A stretch of 64,000 nt of DNA from Thermoleophilaceae bacterium (GTDB lineage: Bacteria; Actinomycetota; Thermoleophilia; Solirubrobacterales; Thermoleophilaceae), in NCBI GenBank assembly GCA_034664005.1, contig JAXDIL010000118.1:25400-89399 (forward strand). The letters are read 5' to 3'. The notes beneath the pieces were generated by a model. The model was given only the letters and a program-made list of their open reading frames with translations, did not search any database and was not told the origin of the DNA. The translations under genes were made by a program, and so were the position numbers. The first letter of the stretch is position 1; each line of letters begins with the position of its first letter. Shown piece by piece: positions 24,442 to 32,645 of the stretch.

Positions 24442-25794
24442 CTAGACCCGAAACCTGACCTTGGTCGAGCCCTGTGCGGTCGTCGGTGGGGTGTTGTTGC
24501 CGTCTGCCCTGACACGGTTGACGTACCTGCCGGTGCGCGCGTTCCGCCAAATCCGGGTGGTGACCCTGTAGGTCCTCGTCGCCCCGGCCGCGAGCGTGCC
24601 CACTTGCCAGACGCGCTTACCGGGGGTGAGGCTGCCGCCGGCGCGGGTCTTGAACCTGGCGCCCTTGCGTAGGCGGTCGGTCACTGAGACTCCAGAGGCG
24701 GCACGATCGCCGCAGTTCTTCACGACGATGGTCCATCTGACCAAGCCGCCTTGGCGCACGCTGCGGCGGCTGGCGCTCTTGGTGACGCACAGGGTCGTCG
24801 TGTCGGCGGCGCCAGTGGGTCCCGCGGGACCGGTCGGACCGATCGGACCGGTCAGGCCGGTCAGCCCGGTCAAACCCTGGATCCCGTCAAGGCCGTCAGC
24901 GCCAGTCTCACCCTGCGCACCGGCGCCGCCGTCAGCGCCAGTCTCACCCTGCGCGCCGGCGCCGCCGTCAGCGCCAGTGGCGCCGTCAGCGCCGTCAGCG
25001 CCGTCAGCGCCGGCCGGACCGGCAGGACCCGCCGGACCGGGAGGGCCCTGGACGACCTGCGGCTCGGCGCACGCCGTGCGGATCGCGGTCGAGGCCAGGG
25101 TGATGGCGGCGTCGTCGGACAGGAGTCGCCCATTCACGCGGCTGTTCGCCCCCACGGTGATGCCGGCGTCGGCCATCATCGTGCCGGCGAACTTCGCGGT
25201 CGCGCCGATCGTCGTGGCGCCGTTGACTGCCCAGAAGACGTTGCAGGCGTCGGCGCCGCCGACCAGCTTGACCTCAGCGGAGGCACCCATCGACAGCGCT
25301 CCGCCGATCTGGAAGATGAACACGGCGTCCTCGTCGCCCTGAGCGTCCAGCGTCATCGTGCCGCTCGCCGTGAAACCCATCGCGTCACTCGTGCCGTACA
25401 CGCCGGGTGTGAATGACGCGCCCGCAAAGTTAACGCTCCCCATCGGAGCGCTTTCACGCAGCACCGCGTCTCCGTATGCGAGATCGAGACTGTGCTTGGC
25501 CGCATCGGCCTGGGCGTCGCCCAGGTGTGTCTCTCCGAGCACGATCGGCGGGCTGTCGCCGGCCAGGACCGAGGCCGGGAAGCTGCCCAAGTTCTCGGAC
25601 ATGGCTGTGGCGCCGTTGCTCGTGACCGAGGGCGCCAGAACCGAGTAGGCCTCGGCGGCGCCGAGGTTGACCCTGGTAGCCGCCAGGGCTGGCCCCGCGG
25701 AGGCGCACGCAAGCAGCGATGCGGTGAAGACTGCAAGGAACAGACGACGGAAGGACAGCTTGAAAGGGGGCATACGGGTCCATCGACAGCTCAC
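24442..25794 (-). CDS. Secreted ice-binding-like (DUF3494) / collagen-like Gly-X-Y repeat / DUF11-like surface protein
   Basis: Signal peptide [27 protein letters not shown]3494-like block ([27 protein letters not shown]...[25 protein letters not shown]). About 79 residues of GXY repeats ([19 protein letters not shown]...[13 protein letters not shown]). C-terminal [40 protein letters not shown] is DUF11-like. Confidence 0.8.
   Translation of the reverse strand: MSCRWTRMPPFKLSFRRLFLAVFTASLLACASAGPALAATRVNLGAAEAYSVLAPSVTSNGATAMSENLGSFPASVLAGDSPPIVLGETHLGDAQADAAKHSLDLAYGDAVLRESAPMGSVNFAGASFTPGVYGTSDAMGFTASGTMTLDAQGDEDAVFIFQIGGALSMGASAEVKLVGGADACNVFWAVNGATTIGATAKFAGTMMADAGITVGANSRVNGRLLSDDAAITLASTAIRTACAEPQVVQGPPGPAGPAGPAGADGADGADGATGADGGAGAQGETGADGGAGAQGETGADGLDGIQGLTGLTGLTGPIGPTGPAGPTGAADTTTLCVTKSASRRSVRQGGLVRWTIVVKNCGDRAASGVSVTDRLRKGARFKTRAGGSLTPGKRVWQVGTLAAGATRTYRVTTRIWRNARTGRYVNRVRADGNNTPPTTAQGSTKVRFRV
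24811..25047 (-). repeat. Collagen-like Gly-X-Y coding repeat region with internal tandem duplications
   Basis: A 36-bp unit GCCAGTCTCACCCTGCGC(A/G)CCGGCGCCGCCGTCAGC occurs twice in tandem (24901-24936, 24937-24972, one mismatch). It is followed by GCCGTCAGC 9-mers (24982-25008). Confidence 0.9.
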
Positions 25795-25910
25795 GGGGCG
25801 GGCCCCTACCTCAAAGTGAGGAACGAACTACGGTACGACGCCTCAGCGAAGGACGGTTCCGCTCGCTCTCGAGCAAAAACGACGCTGGCCGCACACATTC
25901 GCATCCCCGC

Positions 25911-25955
25911 ATCGCACCCAGGAGGCCGCCGGTTCGAGTCCGGCTAGCTCCATCG
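25911..25955 (+). repeat. Direct repeat of the tRNA-Ala 3' part (copy D, distal boundary of the array)
   Basis: ATCGCACCCAGGAGGCCGCCGGTTCGAGTCCGGCTAGCTCCATCG is identical to tRNA positions 32-73 plus 3 downstream bases (45 bp, the longest copy). It abuts the stop of the M28 peptidase gene. Confidence 0.9.
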
Positions 25956-27941
25956 TCAACGCTGAAGCCGCCCGCCGAGCCGCTCTGACGCCCTGCCATC
26001 GGAGCGTGCCGCGCGGCGAGTGGTGCGACGACTCTGGGGCGAGACCATGCCACCGCCCACGTTCCGGAGGGACGCGTCGTGCGCCAGCACCGCTCCGACA
26101 TGCGCGCCACCGTCGGCGAACTGCTCGTACGCAGGCGCGTCGATGTTGTCGATGGTGTCTCCCGCCTCGTGGTAGTTCGGATCGAACGGCGTGCCTGCCA
26201 CTCCACCCCACTTCACGGCCTGCGCGGGGGTCTTAGCCTGCTCCGCTCCGGAGAAGAGGCCGCCCGACGGCACGAGGTTGTCCTGGAACGGCTTGTAGTC
26301 CGAGCGTCCGTCGAACGCCGTCGGCTCCGTGGGCACGCCCTGGGAGTTGAAGTAGTTCACGAACTCCTGCTCGATCCGCGCGGCGCCCTCGTTGACGTCG
26401 GGCGCGGTGGCCGGGGGCGTCGAGTCGGAGAAGTCCCCGTCGTAGATGAACTTGCCGTGGTTCGGCGACGCCAGCATGTCGAAGTTTAGGTAGGCGGCAA
26501 TCCGCCCGAGGTCCTCAGCCGACAGCGCGGCGACGTAGCGCGTGGCCCCCACCAGCCCTGACTCCTCCGCCCCCCAGAGCGCGAAACGCATCCGGTTCAC
26601 GGGCTGGATGCCGAGGCGCTGCATCTGAACCGCCATCTCGAGCACGAGCGCGCTGCCCGACCCGTTGTCGTTGATCCCCGGGCCCTCCTGGACCGAGTCC
26701 AGGTGGCCACCGAACATCACGACGCGGCCGGCGTTACCGCCCGGCGTGTCGGCCAGCACGTTCGTGGACTGGCGGCGATCGTTGGACGCGTCCACGAGGA
26801 CATGCACGCGCACGTCGTCGCCGGAGGCGTCCTCGGTGGCCAGCTCCTCGCCGATGGCGAACGAGGTCCCAAGCGTGGGGATCGTGATGTCGGGCTCGGT
26901 CGCATCGCCGTCCTGCGCCTCCTCGCCGAGCGTGCCCGCGACGACGCCGAGACGGCCCGGGTCGTTGCCCTGGTTGAAGACCACCACTCCGCTGGCGCCC
27001 GCCTCCTGTGCGTTCAGGACCTTCTCGTAGAACGTACAGCCGCCGCGCTGGATGAGCGCCACGTCCCCTGCCGGGAAGGCGGCGAAGTCCGTGTCCTCGC
27101 AGCCGCTAGAGCTCGAGCCGCGATCGGCTTCCGCCAGCTTCAGGTCCACGGGGGTCAGCGGGGCCTCCACGTCGCCGCTGGCCGAGTAGCTCATCGTGGC
27201 GAACTCGGTGTCGTGGACGTAGCTCCGCGTGGGCGGCGGCGCGGTCCGCTCGAAGACCGGCGTGCTGTGCTCCGTGAAGACCACGAAGCTGAACACCTGC
27301 GTGGTCGGCGTGTAGCCGGCGGCCCGAAGGACCGTCAACGCGTACTGCACCGAGGCGCCGTAGCCCTGGAAGCCCGACGCCCGGTTGCCGCCATTGTCGT
27401 CCGCGATCTGCTGGAAGGCGCGCAGGTGCGAGAGCAGGCCCTCCTGCGTGATCGCCGTACGGAGCTTCTCCGAGGGCGAGCGGGTGTCGGGCGGCGTCGG
27501 GTTCGGCGACGTGACCGCCAACACCACGATCCGGCGACGCGCGCACGCGTCCGGCTGGCGAGCGCCGAGGCGACGAACACAGGCGGTGAGATAGTAGGTG
27601 CCCGGGGTCGTGGCGGTCGGGATGAGGACGCGCCTCGAGTACCCGCGCGCGCGTCCGCCGCGCGTGCGCCTAATCCGCTTGCTGCCGAGCGGCGTGCCGC
27701 GGCGAGCCGCCCGCGTGCGCCGCAGCGTGAAGGAGATGCGCGCCGGCGCGGCGCGTCGGCGCGCGCGGTTCAGCACTCGCCCGGAGAGGCGGATCGTGTC
27801 ACCCGCATTGACCGAGGCGTCCGAGAGCCGCAGCGTGGCGACACGGAACTTGGCTGTCCTCTGCTGGGCCTGGGCCTCGGCGGCCGGGGCGACAAGCACG
27901 GTCAGCAGGGCTGGGATGATGACGAGCGGGCGCATGCGCAT
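25956..27941 (-). CDS. Secreted M28 family aminopeptidase with PA domain
   Basis: 661 aa. Signal peptide MRMRPLVIIPALLTVLVAPAAEAQA. M28 metal-ligand blocks VVMFGGHLDSVQEGPGINDNGSGSALVLE and FALWGAEESGLVGATRYV. Confidence 0.85.
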   Translation of the reverse strand: MRMRPLVIIPALLTVLVAPAAEAQAQQRTAKFRVATLRLSDASVNAGDTIRLSGRVLNRARRRAAPARISFTLRRTRAARRGTPLGSKRIRRTRGGRARGYSRRVLIPTATTPGTYYLTACVRRLGARQPDACARRRIVVLAVTSPNPTPPDTRSPSEKLRTAITQEGLLSHLRAFQQIADDNGGNRASGFQGYGASVQYALTVLRAAGYTPTTQVFSFVVFTEHSTPVFERTAPPPTRSYVHDTEFATMSYSASGDVEAPLTPVDLKLAEADRGSSSSGCEDTDFAAFPAGDVALIQRGGCTFYEKVLNAQEAGASGVVVFNQGNDPGRLGVVAGTLGEEAQDGDATEPDITIPTLGTSFAIGEELATEDASGDDVRVHVLVDASNDRRQSTNVLADTPGGNAGRVVMFGGHLDSVQEGPGINDNGSGSALVLEMAVQMQRLGIQPVNRMRFALWGAEESGLVGATRYVAALSAEDLGRIAAYLNFDMLASPNHGKFIYDGDFSDSTPPATAPDVNEGAARIEQEFVNYFNSQGVPTEPTAFDGRSDYKPFQDNLVPSGGLFSGAEQAKTPAQAVKWGGVAGTPFDPNYHEAGDTIDNIDAPAYEQFADGGAHVGAVLAHDASLRNVGGGMVSPQSRRTTRRAARSDGRASERLGGRLQR

Positions 27942-28062
27942 GCGCCCGCGCTACCCATGTTCCGTTCGCACCAATCTCTTATCGGCGCTTATATAGATCG
28001 ATGCCACCATCGTCGTGCTCGCTGGCCTTCGCACGCGTTGATCCGGGTACAGAGGAGATCAC

Positions 28063-28494
28063 ATGACCCTGTTTGGGCAGGAGCACATCGACAGCTACGT
28101 TGCCACCGACGGTAGGGAGGGGCATGACTGGCAAGGCACGCAGACGCTGATCCTCACCACGACCGGGCGCCGCTCCGGGCAGCCCAGGCCGCAAGCACTT
28201 ATTTACGGCCGTCACGGCAACGACTACCTCGTGGTCGCCTCCAAGGGCGGAGCGCCGCGGCACCCAGCGTGGTACCTCAACCTCGAGGCGAACCCGGACG
28301 TCGAGGTCCAGGTGAAGGGCGACAAGATGCCGGCCCGGGCGCGTACGGCAACGCCCGAGGAGAAGGAGCGGCTCTGGCCGGTCATGACGAGAGAGTGGCC
28401 GGATTACGACCGCTACCAGGAGAGCACCGATCGCGAGATTCCGGTGGTCATCCTCGAGCCACACGAAGGCGAAGGCCGGGATGACAGCGGCTGA
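28063..28494 (+). CDS. Deazaflavin (F420)-dependent nitroreductase family protein (DUF385-type)
   Basis: 143 aa. LILTTTGRRSGQPRPQALIYGRHGNDYLVVASKGGAPRHPAWYLNLEANPDVEVQV is the characteristic block of this family. Confidence 0.85.
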   Translation: MTLFGQEHIDSYVATDGREGHDWQGTQTLILTTTGRRSGQPRPQALIYGRHGNDYLVVASKGGAPRHPAWYLNLEANPDVEVQVKGDKMPARARTATPEEKERLWPVMTREWPDYDRYQESTDREIPVVILEPHEGEGRDDSG

Positions 28495-28541
28495 ATATAT
28501 TTGTCCTGTCTGCCGCTGACCTGACTCAAGGGGACTCGCAC

Positions 28542-29417
28542 ATGTCGCTCGCCCGCATTCGCCTCGCCCTGTTGCTCCTGCTGGCTGCGCTCGCGGCCCT
28601 GACGATCGTCGCCTGCGGCGACGACGACAGCAGCAGCTCGAGTTCGTCGACGGCCACCACCGCCAAGGCGGACGCGTGCTCCAAGGCCGACCTGGCGCTC
28701 GTGAACTCGGGCCAGCTCACGATCGGGACGGACAAGCCCGCCTTCCCGCCCTACTTCGAGGACGACGACCCCACGAACGGCAAGGGCTTCGAGAGCGCCG
28801 TGGCGTACGCGGTGGCCCGCGAGCTCGGCTTCGAAGCGCCCGAGGTGAAGTGGACCGTGGTGCCCTTCAACTCCTCGTACGCGCCCGGGCCGAAGAAGTT
28901 CGACTTCGACATCAACCAGATCTCGATCACGGATGCGCGGAAGAAGGCGGTCGACTTCTCGAAGCCGTACTACGTCGCGCCCCAGGCGGTCGTGATCGGC
29001 AAGGGGTCGGACCTCCAGGCGAGCTCGCTCGCGGACCTGAAGGACGCCAGCATCGGCGTCCAGATCGGAACCACCAGCCTCGACGCGGTCAGGGACGTGA
29101 TCAAGCCGTCGGACGACCCCAAGGTCTTCAACGACTCGAACGACGTCGTGACCGCGCTCAAGCAGAACCAGGTCGACGCGATCGTCACGGACCTGCCCAC
29201 CGCCTTCTACATCACGGCGGCCCAGGTCGAGGGCTCCAAGATCATCGGCCAGTTCAGCGCCCCCGGCGGCGACTCGTTCGGCCTCCTGCTCGCGAAGGAC
29301 TCGAAGCTCACGCCGTGCGCTGACAAGGCGGTCGACACGCTCGACAAGAGCGGTGAGCTCCAGAAGCTCACCGACCAGTGGATGGGCGAGGCCGCCGGCG
29401 CGCCGGAGCTTCGCTGA
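28542..29417 (+). CDS. Amino-acid ABC transporter substrate-binding lipoprotein
   Basis: 291 aa. Lipobox LTIVACGDD and family 3 SBP blocks (LTIGTDKPAFPPYFE, FDFDINQISIT, VDAIVTDLPTA). Confidence 0.85.
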   Translation: MSLARIRLALLLLLAALAALTIVACGDDDSSSSSSSTATTAKADACSKADLALVNSGQLTIGTDKPAFPPYFEDDDPTNGKGFESAVAYAVARELGFEAPEVKWTVVPFNSSYAPGPKKFDFDINQISITDARKKAVDFSKPYYVAPQAVVIGKGSDLQASSLADLKDASIGVQIGTTSLDAVRDVIKPSDDPKVFNDSNDVVTALKQNQVDAIVTDLPTAFYITAAQVEGSKIIGQFSAPGGDSFGLLLAKDSKLTPCADKAVDTLDKSGELQKLTDQWMGEAAGAPELR

Positions 29418-30250
29418 CCGATCGCCGCGCCGTCCGCGACGCCGCCCGCCGCCGGCGGGCGGCTCGGGGCGCGGCCATCTCGGGGATCTCGAGCGTCGTA
29501 GTGCTCGGCGCGATCGCCGCGCTGATCCTCACGAGCAAGGGCTGGGACGCGGTACGCGAGACGTTCTTCGACTGGAACGCCTTCAAGGCCGCGTTCCCTG
29601 ACGTGCTCGACGGCTTCTGGCTCGACGTCAAGATCTTCATGCTCGTCGAGGTCGCTGTCCTGATCCTCGGCCTCGCCGTCGCGATCGTCCGCTCCGGCCG
29701 CGCGCCCGCCTTCTTCCCGTTCCGCCTGCTCGCCGCGATCTACACGGACCTCTTCCGCGGCGTCCCGGTGATCCTGGCGGTGTACCTGATCGGGTTCGGG
29801 GTTCCGGCTCTGGAGCTGTCGGGCGTGCCGAGCGACCCCGTCCTTCTCGGCGGTATCGCGCTCACGCTGTCGTACGCCGCGTACGTCGCCGAGGTCTACC
29901 GGGCGGGCATCGACTCGGTCCACCCCGGCCAGACCTCGGCGGCCCTGTCGCTCGGCCTCACGCCCACCCAGTCGCGCCGCTACGTCGTGCTCCCGCAGGC
30001 CGTGCGCCGCGTGATCCCGCCGCTCCTCAACGACTTCATCGCGCTTCAGAAGGACGTGGCGCTGGTGTCGATCCTGGGTCCGCTCGAGGCGTTCCGCGTG
30101 GCCCAAATCGAGGCCAGCTCGACCTTCAACTACACGCCGCTGCTCGCGGCGGCGGCGCTGTACCTGGCGGTGACCGTGCCGATGGCGCGGGTCGTGGACC
30201 GCGTGGCCGCGCGCGACCGCCTGCTGCGCAGCGCGGGAGCCCCGGTGTGA
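29378..30250 (+). CDS. Amino-acid ABC transporter permease
   Basis: 290 aa with multiple TM helices and the EAA-type loop (SLGLTPTQSRRYVVLPQAVRRVIPPLLNDFIALQKD). The start is uncertain because the track start overlaps the SBP gene by 40 nt. Confidence 0.8.
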   Translation: MDGRGRRRAGASLTDRRAVRDAARRRRAARGAAISGISSVVVLGAIAALILTSKGWDAVRETFFDWNAFKAAFPDVLDGFWLDVKIFMLVEVAVLILGLAVAIVRSGRAPAFFPFRLLAAIYTDLFRGVPVILAVYLIGFGVPALELSGVPSDPVLLGGIALTLSYAAYVAEVYRAGIDSVHPGQTSAALSLGLTPTQSRRYVVLPQAVRRVIPPLLNDFIALQKDVALVSILGPLEAFRVAQIEASSTFNYTPLLAAAALYLAVTVPMARVVDRVAARDRLLRSAGAPV

Positions 30251-31002
30251 ACGCCGCGCCGCCCGTCCTCGAGGTGCAGGGGGTGACGAAGGCCTACGGC
30301 GACGCGGAGGTGCTGCGCGGCGTCGACCTCGCGGTGCCGGAGCACCAGGCGGTGGCGTTGATCGGCGCGTCCGGCTCCGGGAAGTCCACGCTGCTGCGCT
30401 GCGTCGACCTGCTCGAGGAGATCGACGACGGCGACGTGCTGCTGGACGGCGAGGTGATCACCGACCCGTCGGTGGATCCGGTGCGGGCGAGGCGGCGGCT
30501 CGCGATGGTCTTCCAGGCCTTCAACCTGTTCCCGCACCTGAGCGTGCTCGACAACGTGCTGCTCGCCCCCTCGCGCGCGCACGGGATGACGAAGGAGGAC
30601 GCCGCCGGGTCCGCCCGCGAGCTGCTCGCCCGCTTCGGGCTCGGCGACCGCGAGCACGACTACCCCGACCGCCTCTCGGGCGGCCAGCAGCAGCGCGTGG
30701 CGATCGTGCGCGCGCTGGCCACGCGCCCGCGCGCGCTCCTGCTCGACGAGATCACGAGCGCGCTCGACCCCGAGCTCGTGGGCGAGGTCCTCGAGGTGGT
30801 GCGGGAGCTGAAGTCGGAGGGCATGACGATGCTGATCGCGACCCACGAGATGGGCTTCGCCCGCGACGTGGCCGACGAGATCTGCTTCCTCCACGACGGC
30901 CGCATCGTCGAACGAGGCGATCCCGAGCGCGTCCTCTCGGACCCGGAGCAGCCCGAGACCCAGCGCTTCCTGCGCCGCCTGCTGTCAGCCGGACGGCTCT
31001 AG
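30247..31002 (+). CDS. Amino-acid ABC transporter ATP-binding protein
   Basis: 251 aa. Walker A GASGSGKST, signature LSGGQQQRVAIVRAL, Walker B LLLDE. Overlaps the permease stop by 4 nt. Confidence 0.92.
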   Translation: MNAAPPVLEVQGVTKAYGDAEVLRGVDLAVPEHQAVALIGASGSGKSTLLRCVDLLEEIDDGDVLLDGEVITDPSVDPVRARRRLAMVFQAFNLFPHLSVLDNVLLAPSRAHGMTKEDAAGSARELLARFGLGDREHDYPDRLSGGQQQRVAIVRALATRPRALLLDEITSALDPELVGEVLEVVRELKSEGMTMLIATHEMGFARDVADEICFLHDGRIVERGDPERVLSDPEQPETQRFLRRLLSAGRL

Positions 31003-31211
31003 GACAGCAGCGCTCGTAGGCTGTCGCGCTCCTCGCGGCAGGTCGGGCAGCCCTCGAGGTGCGTGCGCATTCCGGGGATTGCGGCGTCCGCGTCGCGGTT
31101 CGCGAGCTCCAGCTCGACGTACTCGTCGAGGCGGTCGAAGCACTCGTCGCAGCCGATGTCCGGCCCCTCGGGGCCCAGTAGGCGGCGCAGCTCGGTGTCC
31201 CTGTCGCTCAT
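30999..31211 (-). CDS. Anti-sigma factor, zinc-finger (zf-HC2-like) type
   Basis: 70 aa from ATG 31211: MSDRDTELRRLLGPEGPDIGCDECFDRLDEYVELE...HLEGCPTCREE. ATGA overlap with the sigma-factor stop. The longer track ORF (to 31481) is run-on. Confidence 0.7.
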   Translation of the reverse strand: MSDRDTELRRLLGPEGPDIGCDECFDRLDEYVELELANRDADAAIPGMRTHLEGCPTCREERDSLRALLS

Positions 31212-31879
31212 CGTGCGTCTCCTTCCCCGTAGCCGGCGGCCGTCAGCTCCGCGCGCAGCCGCCGGCGCGCGTCGTGCAGCGTCTTGTAGAGCGCTCCGCG
31301 CGTGCTGCCTGTGCGTTCCGCGAGCACGTCGAGCGGGACCTGGTTCAGGGCCAGGGCCACGAAGACCTCGCGCTGGCGCGGCGTGAGCGCCTCGCGCACC
31401 GCCCGCTGCAGCTCCTGGAGCATCTCCGTCGCCTCGGCGGCGGACTGGGCGGAACCGGCCGGATCGGCGAAGCTCGGCCATGCCTCCGGCTCGAGCATCA
31501 CCTCGCGGCCATGCCAGGCGCGGCGGCGCGCCTTCACGCCGGCCTCGAGCAGCGCGAACTTGTACGCCCAGGTCGTGAAGCGACTCGCCCCGCGGTAGTC
31601 GTCCAGCTTGCGGAGGACGGCCATGAGCGCGTCGTCGGCCGCCTGCTGGGCGAGGTCGTCGAAGTCCGCGTTGCGCGCCTGCGCGAGCGCGGCACGGCGC
31701 CGCCCCATCTCGAAGCGGGCTGCCTTCAGGAGCAGACGATGGAGCGCGGCGACGGCGTCCGCTCGCGCCGGGCCCTCCGCCCGCAGCGCGGCGATCCAGG
31801 CCAGTGATTCCGGGTCGGCGCCTACTCCGGTGCGCTCCGCGGCACGGTCCATCGGGGTCCCAGCATAAGCAAGCGCCAT
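31208..31879 (-). CDS. ECF-type RNA polymerase sigma-70 family factor
   Basis: Region 2 (DDLAQQAADDALMAVLRKLDDYRGASRFTTWAYKFAL) and region 4 (LTPRQREVFVALALNQVPLDVLAERTGSTRGALYKTLHDARRRLR). Start uncertain (ATG 31879 or 31852; track start 31963). Confidence 0.85.
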   Translation of the reverse strand: MALAYAGTPMDRAAERTGVGADPESLAWIAALRAEGPARADAVAALHRLLLKAARFEMGRRRAALAQARNADFDDLAQQAADDALMAVLRKLDDYRGASRFTTWAYKFALLEAGVKARRRAWHGREVMLEPEAWPSFADPAGSAQSAAEATEMLQELQRAVREALTPRQREVFVALALNQVPLDVLAERTGSTRGALYKTLHDARRRLRAELTAAGYGEGDAR

Positions 31880-31983
31880 CACTGCATTTGTGCCGCCGTG
31901 GAGGCGTTTCTTACGGCGACGTAAGAAACGGCGCGCCGCGGTCGCAAAGAGAGAGACAGCCAACCACCGAGGAAGGAAAACCG

Positions 31984-32436
31984 ATGAGCACTCTCGCCAC
32001 CGCGCTACGACCCGTCCCGATCCCCCGGCCCGACGCGCTCCGCCGCGACCCGAGCGTCCAGGCGTTCACGCTCCTGCGGGTGGCTTTCACGGTCGCGCCG
32101 ATCCTGTTCGGGCTCGACAAGTTCGCCGGAGTGCTGACCGACGACTGGACGAGGTACCTCGCTCCCGAGTTCAACAGCCTCCTGCCGGGCAACGCCGCGG
32201 ACGCCATGCACATCGTCGGCATCGTCGAGATCGCCGCGGGTGTGATCGTGGCAGTCGTGCCGCGCTTCGGCGGGGTGCTCGTGGCCGGCTGGCTCGCGGG
32301 GATCATCCTGAGCCTGCTGCTCGTGGGTGGCTATGGCGACATCGCGCTGCGCGACTTCGGCCTGCTCCTCGGCGCCCTCACGCTGGCCCGCCTCGCGAGC
32401 GCGCACGCGGCGCCATCGTCAGTCGGCCGGCTCTAG
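31984..32436 (+). CDS. DoxX-like small integral membrane protein
   Basis: 150 aa from ATG 31984 (GGAAGGAAAA upstream). Four hydrophobic helices (LLRVAFTVAPILFGLDKF..., IVGIVEIAAGVIVAV...). The family call is tentative. Confidence 0.6.
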   Translation: MSTLATALRPVPIPRPDALRRDPSVQAFTLLRVAFTVAPILFGLDKFAGVLTDDWTRYLAPEFNSLLPGNAADAMHIVGIVEIAAGVIVAVVPRFGGVLVAGWLAGIILSLLLVGGYGDIALRDFGLLLGALTLARLASAHAAPSSVGRL

Positions 32437-32610
32437 GTCCACGACCACGGCGACCTTCGGACCGTGCCAGAGGCAGACGATGCCGCCGTCCTCATGGTCG
32501 CGGATCTCGTCCGGCTCGGGCAGGTCGTTCTCGGCCAACAGGCGGCGCATGGCGCGCTCGGCGCCCTCGCGGGTGCGCCCGCCGTCACTGGCGGTGCTCG
32601 AATCGCTCAT
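32419..32610 (-). CDS. Small hypothetical protein
   Basis: 63 aa from ATG 32610 (MSDSSTASDGGRTREGAERAMRRLLAENDLPEPDEIRDHEDGGIVCLWHGPKVAVVVDLEPAD). The upstream part of track ORF 32419-32991 looks non-coding or antisense. Confidence 0.4.
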   Translation of the reverse strand: MSDSSTASDGGRTREGAERAMRRLLAENDLPEPDEIRDHEDGGIVCLWHGPKVAVVVDLEPAD

Positions 32611-32645
32611 GCCCGCAGCCTGAGCGCCCGCGGCGCACGTGTGGG

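Larger units (their letters stand above)
24403..25955. mobile_element. Island segment 3 (about 1.5 kb, single gene) between repeat copies C and D
   Basis: Bounded by repeat copies C and D and contains only the secreted collagen-like protein gene. Confidence 0.4.

Noticed and set aside
24811-25047. Short tandem repeats that could be mistaken for a CRISPR array or a non-coding satellite
   Set aside because: The repeats are contiguous with no spacers, are multiples of 3 or 9 nt, and lie in frame within a Gly-X-Y collagen-like coding region.
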